Source: Diplonema japonicum (Eukaryota > Protista > Euglenozoa: Diplonemea). From it: a stretch of DNA of 64,000 nucleotides. The translations under genes and the position numbers were made by a program. This document shows, piece by piece, positions 63,222 to 64,000 of this stretch. Positions within the stretch are counted from its first letter, which is position 1; every line of letters starts with the position of its first letter. Location of the stretch: positions 434,001 to 498,000 of the forward strand of contig OZ025712.1 in assembly GCA_964019335.1 (NCBI GenBank). Direction: 5' to 3'. A model generated the notes under the pieces. That model did not search any database. It worked only from the letters and a program-made list of their open reading frames with translations, and had not been told where the DNA came from.

Positions 63222-64000
63222 ATGTCTTACGACGGAGCCATCGGTATCGATTTGGGAACGACCTACTCGTGCGTGGGTGTGTGGCAGAATGAGCGTGTGG
63301 AGATCATCGCGAACGACCAGGGGAACAGGACCACCCCCTCGTACGTGGCCTTCACTGACAGCGAGCGTCTGATCGGTGACGCCGCGAAGAACCAGGTGGC
63401 GATGAACCCCACGAACACCGTGTTCGACGCGAAGAGGTTGATCGGGAGGAAGCTCCAGGACTCGTCGGTGCAGAGCGACATGAAGCACTGGCCCTTCAAG
63501 GTGGTGGCCAAGGCTGACGGGAAGCCCCTGATCCAGGTGCAGTACATGGGTGAGGAGAAGCAGTTCATGCCTGAGGAGATCTCCGCCATGATCCTCGTCA
63601 AGATGAAGGAGACCGCTGAGGCCTTCCTCGGAAAGGAGATCAAGAAGTCCGTCGTGACTGTCCCCGCCTACTTCAACGACTCGCAGCGTCAGGCCACCAA
63701 GGACGCCGGTACCATCTCCGGGATGGAGGTTCTCCGTATCATCAACGAGCCCACGGCGGCTGCCATCGCCTACGGTCTTGACAAGGCGGACGAGGCGGAG
63801 CAGAACATCCTCATCTTCGACCTTGGTGGTGGTACCTTCGATGTGACCCTCCTCACCATCGACGGTGGGATCTTCGAGGTGAAGGCGACCGCTGGTGACA
63901 CCCACTTGGGTGGAGAGGACTTCGACAACAGGATGGTGAACCACTTCGTTGAGGAGTTCAAGAGGAAGAACAAGAAGGACCTTACCGTGAACCAGAGGGC
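63222..64000 (+). CDS. HSP70: Cytosolic HSP70 (runs off the window end)
   Basis: [44 protein letters not shown]...[29 protein letters not shown]; missing from the ORF track because it has no stop in the window. Confidence 0.98.
   Translation, partial: MSYDGAIGIDLGTTYSCVGVWQNERVEIIANDQGNRTTPSYVAFTDSERLIGDAAKNQVAMNPTNTVFDAKRLIGRKLQDSSVQSDMKHWPFKVVAKADGKPLIQVQYMGEEKQFMPEEISAMILVKMKETAEAFLGKEIKKSVVTVPAYFNDSQRQATKDAGTISGMEVLRIINEPTAAAIAYGLDKADEAEQNILIFDLGGGTFDVTLLTIDGGIFEVKATAGDTHLGGEDFDNRMVNHFVEEFKRKNKKDLTVNQR

Noticed and set aside
63201-63944. 247-aa minus-strand ORF
   Set aside because: Classic antisense shadow ORF of a GC3-rich HSP70 gene on the + strand.

Overview
Eukaryotic nuclear DNA, most consistent with a euglenozoan and probably a diplonemid (inference). 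About 37 protein genes and 4 tRNA genes all lie on the + strand, often tightly packed. ATGs typically sit a few nt after a (Y/CA-rich)..CAG acceptor-like site, consistent with trans-splicing. About 30 very short GT-AG introns (mostly 32-45 nt, GTATG...CACAG) break many of the supplied ORFs. Contents in order: a decayed non-LTR RT fragment; a 4-copy array of a secreted 286-aa protein; housekeeping and other genes (MMTAG2-like, UNC119, six-C2 protein, TRM13, RPL36, RED/IK, RPB10, DAD1, DECR2, nucleotide-sugar transporter, cyclophilin, MECR-like, HSP70); two GPI-type surface-protein paralogs sharing a near-identical C-terminus; a glutaredoxin-truncated globin fusion; and two TTAA piggyBac derivatives. 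The most striking region is the tRNA cluster (56.7-63.2 kb). Three retroposed inserts (two RNase H-bearing Ingi/I-like copies and one SINE-like element) have target-site duplications that ended 0-2 nt upstream of a mature tRNA 5' end at the time of insertion, suggesting position-specific tRNA-gene targeting. Also, two of the four otherwise intact tRNAs (Ala-AGC, Lys-CTT) carry C instead of the near-universal U33, a candidate for undescribed C33-to-U editing. All family assignments come from motif recognition by eye; no database searches were run.
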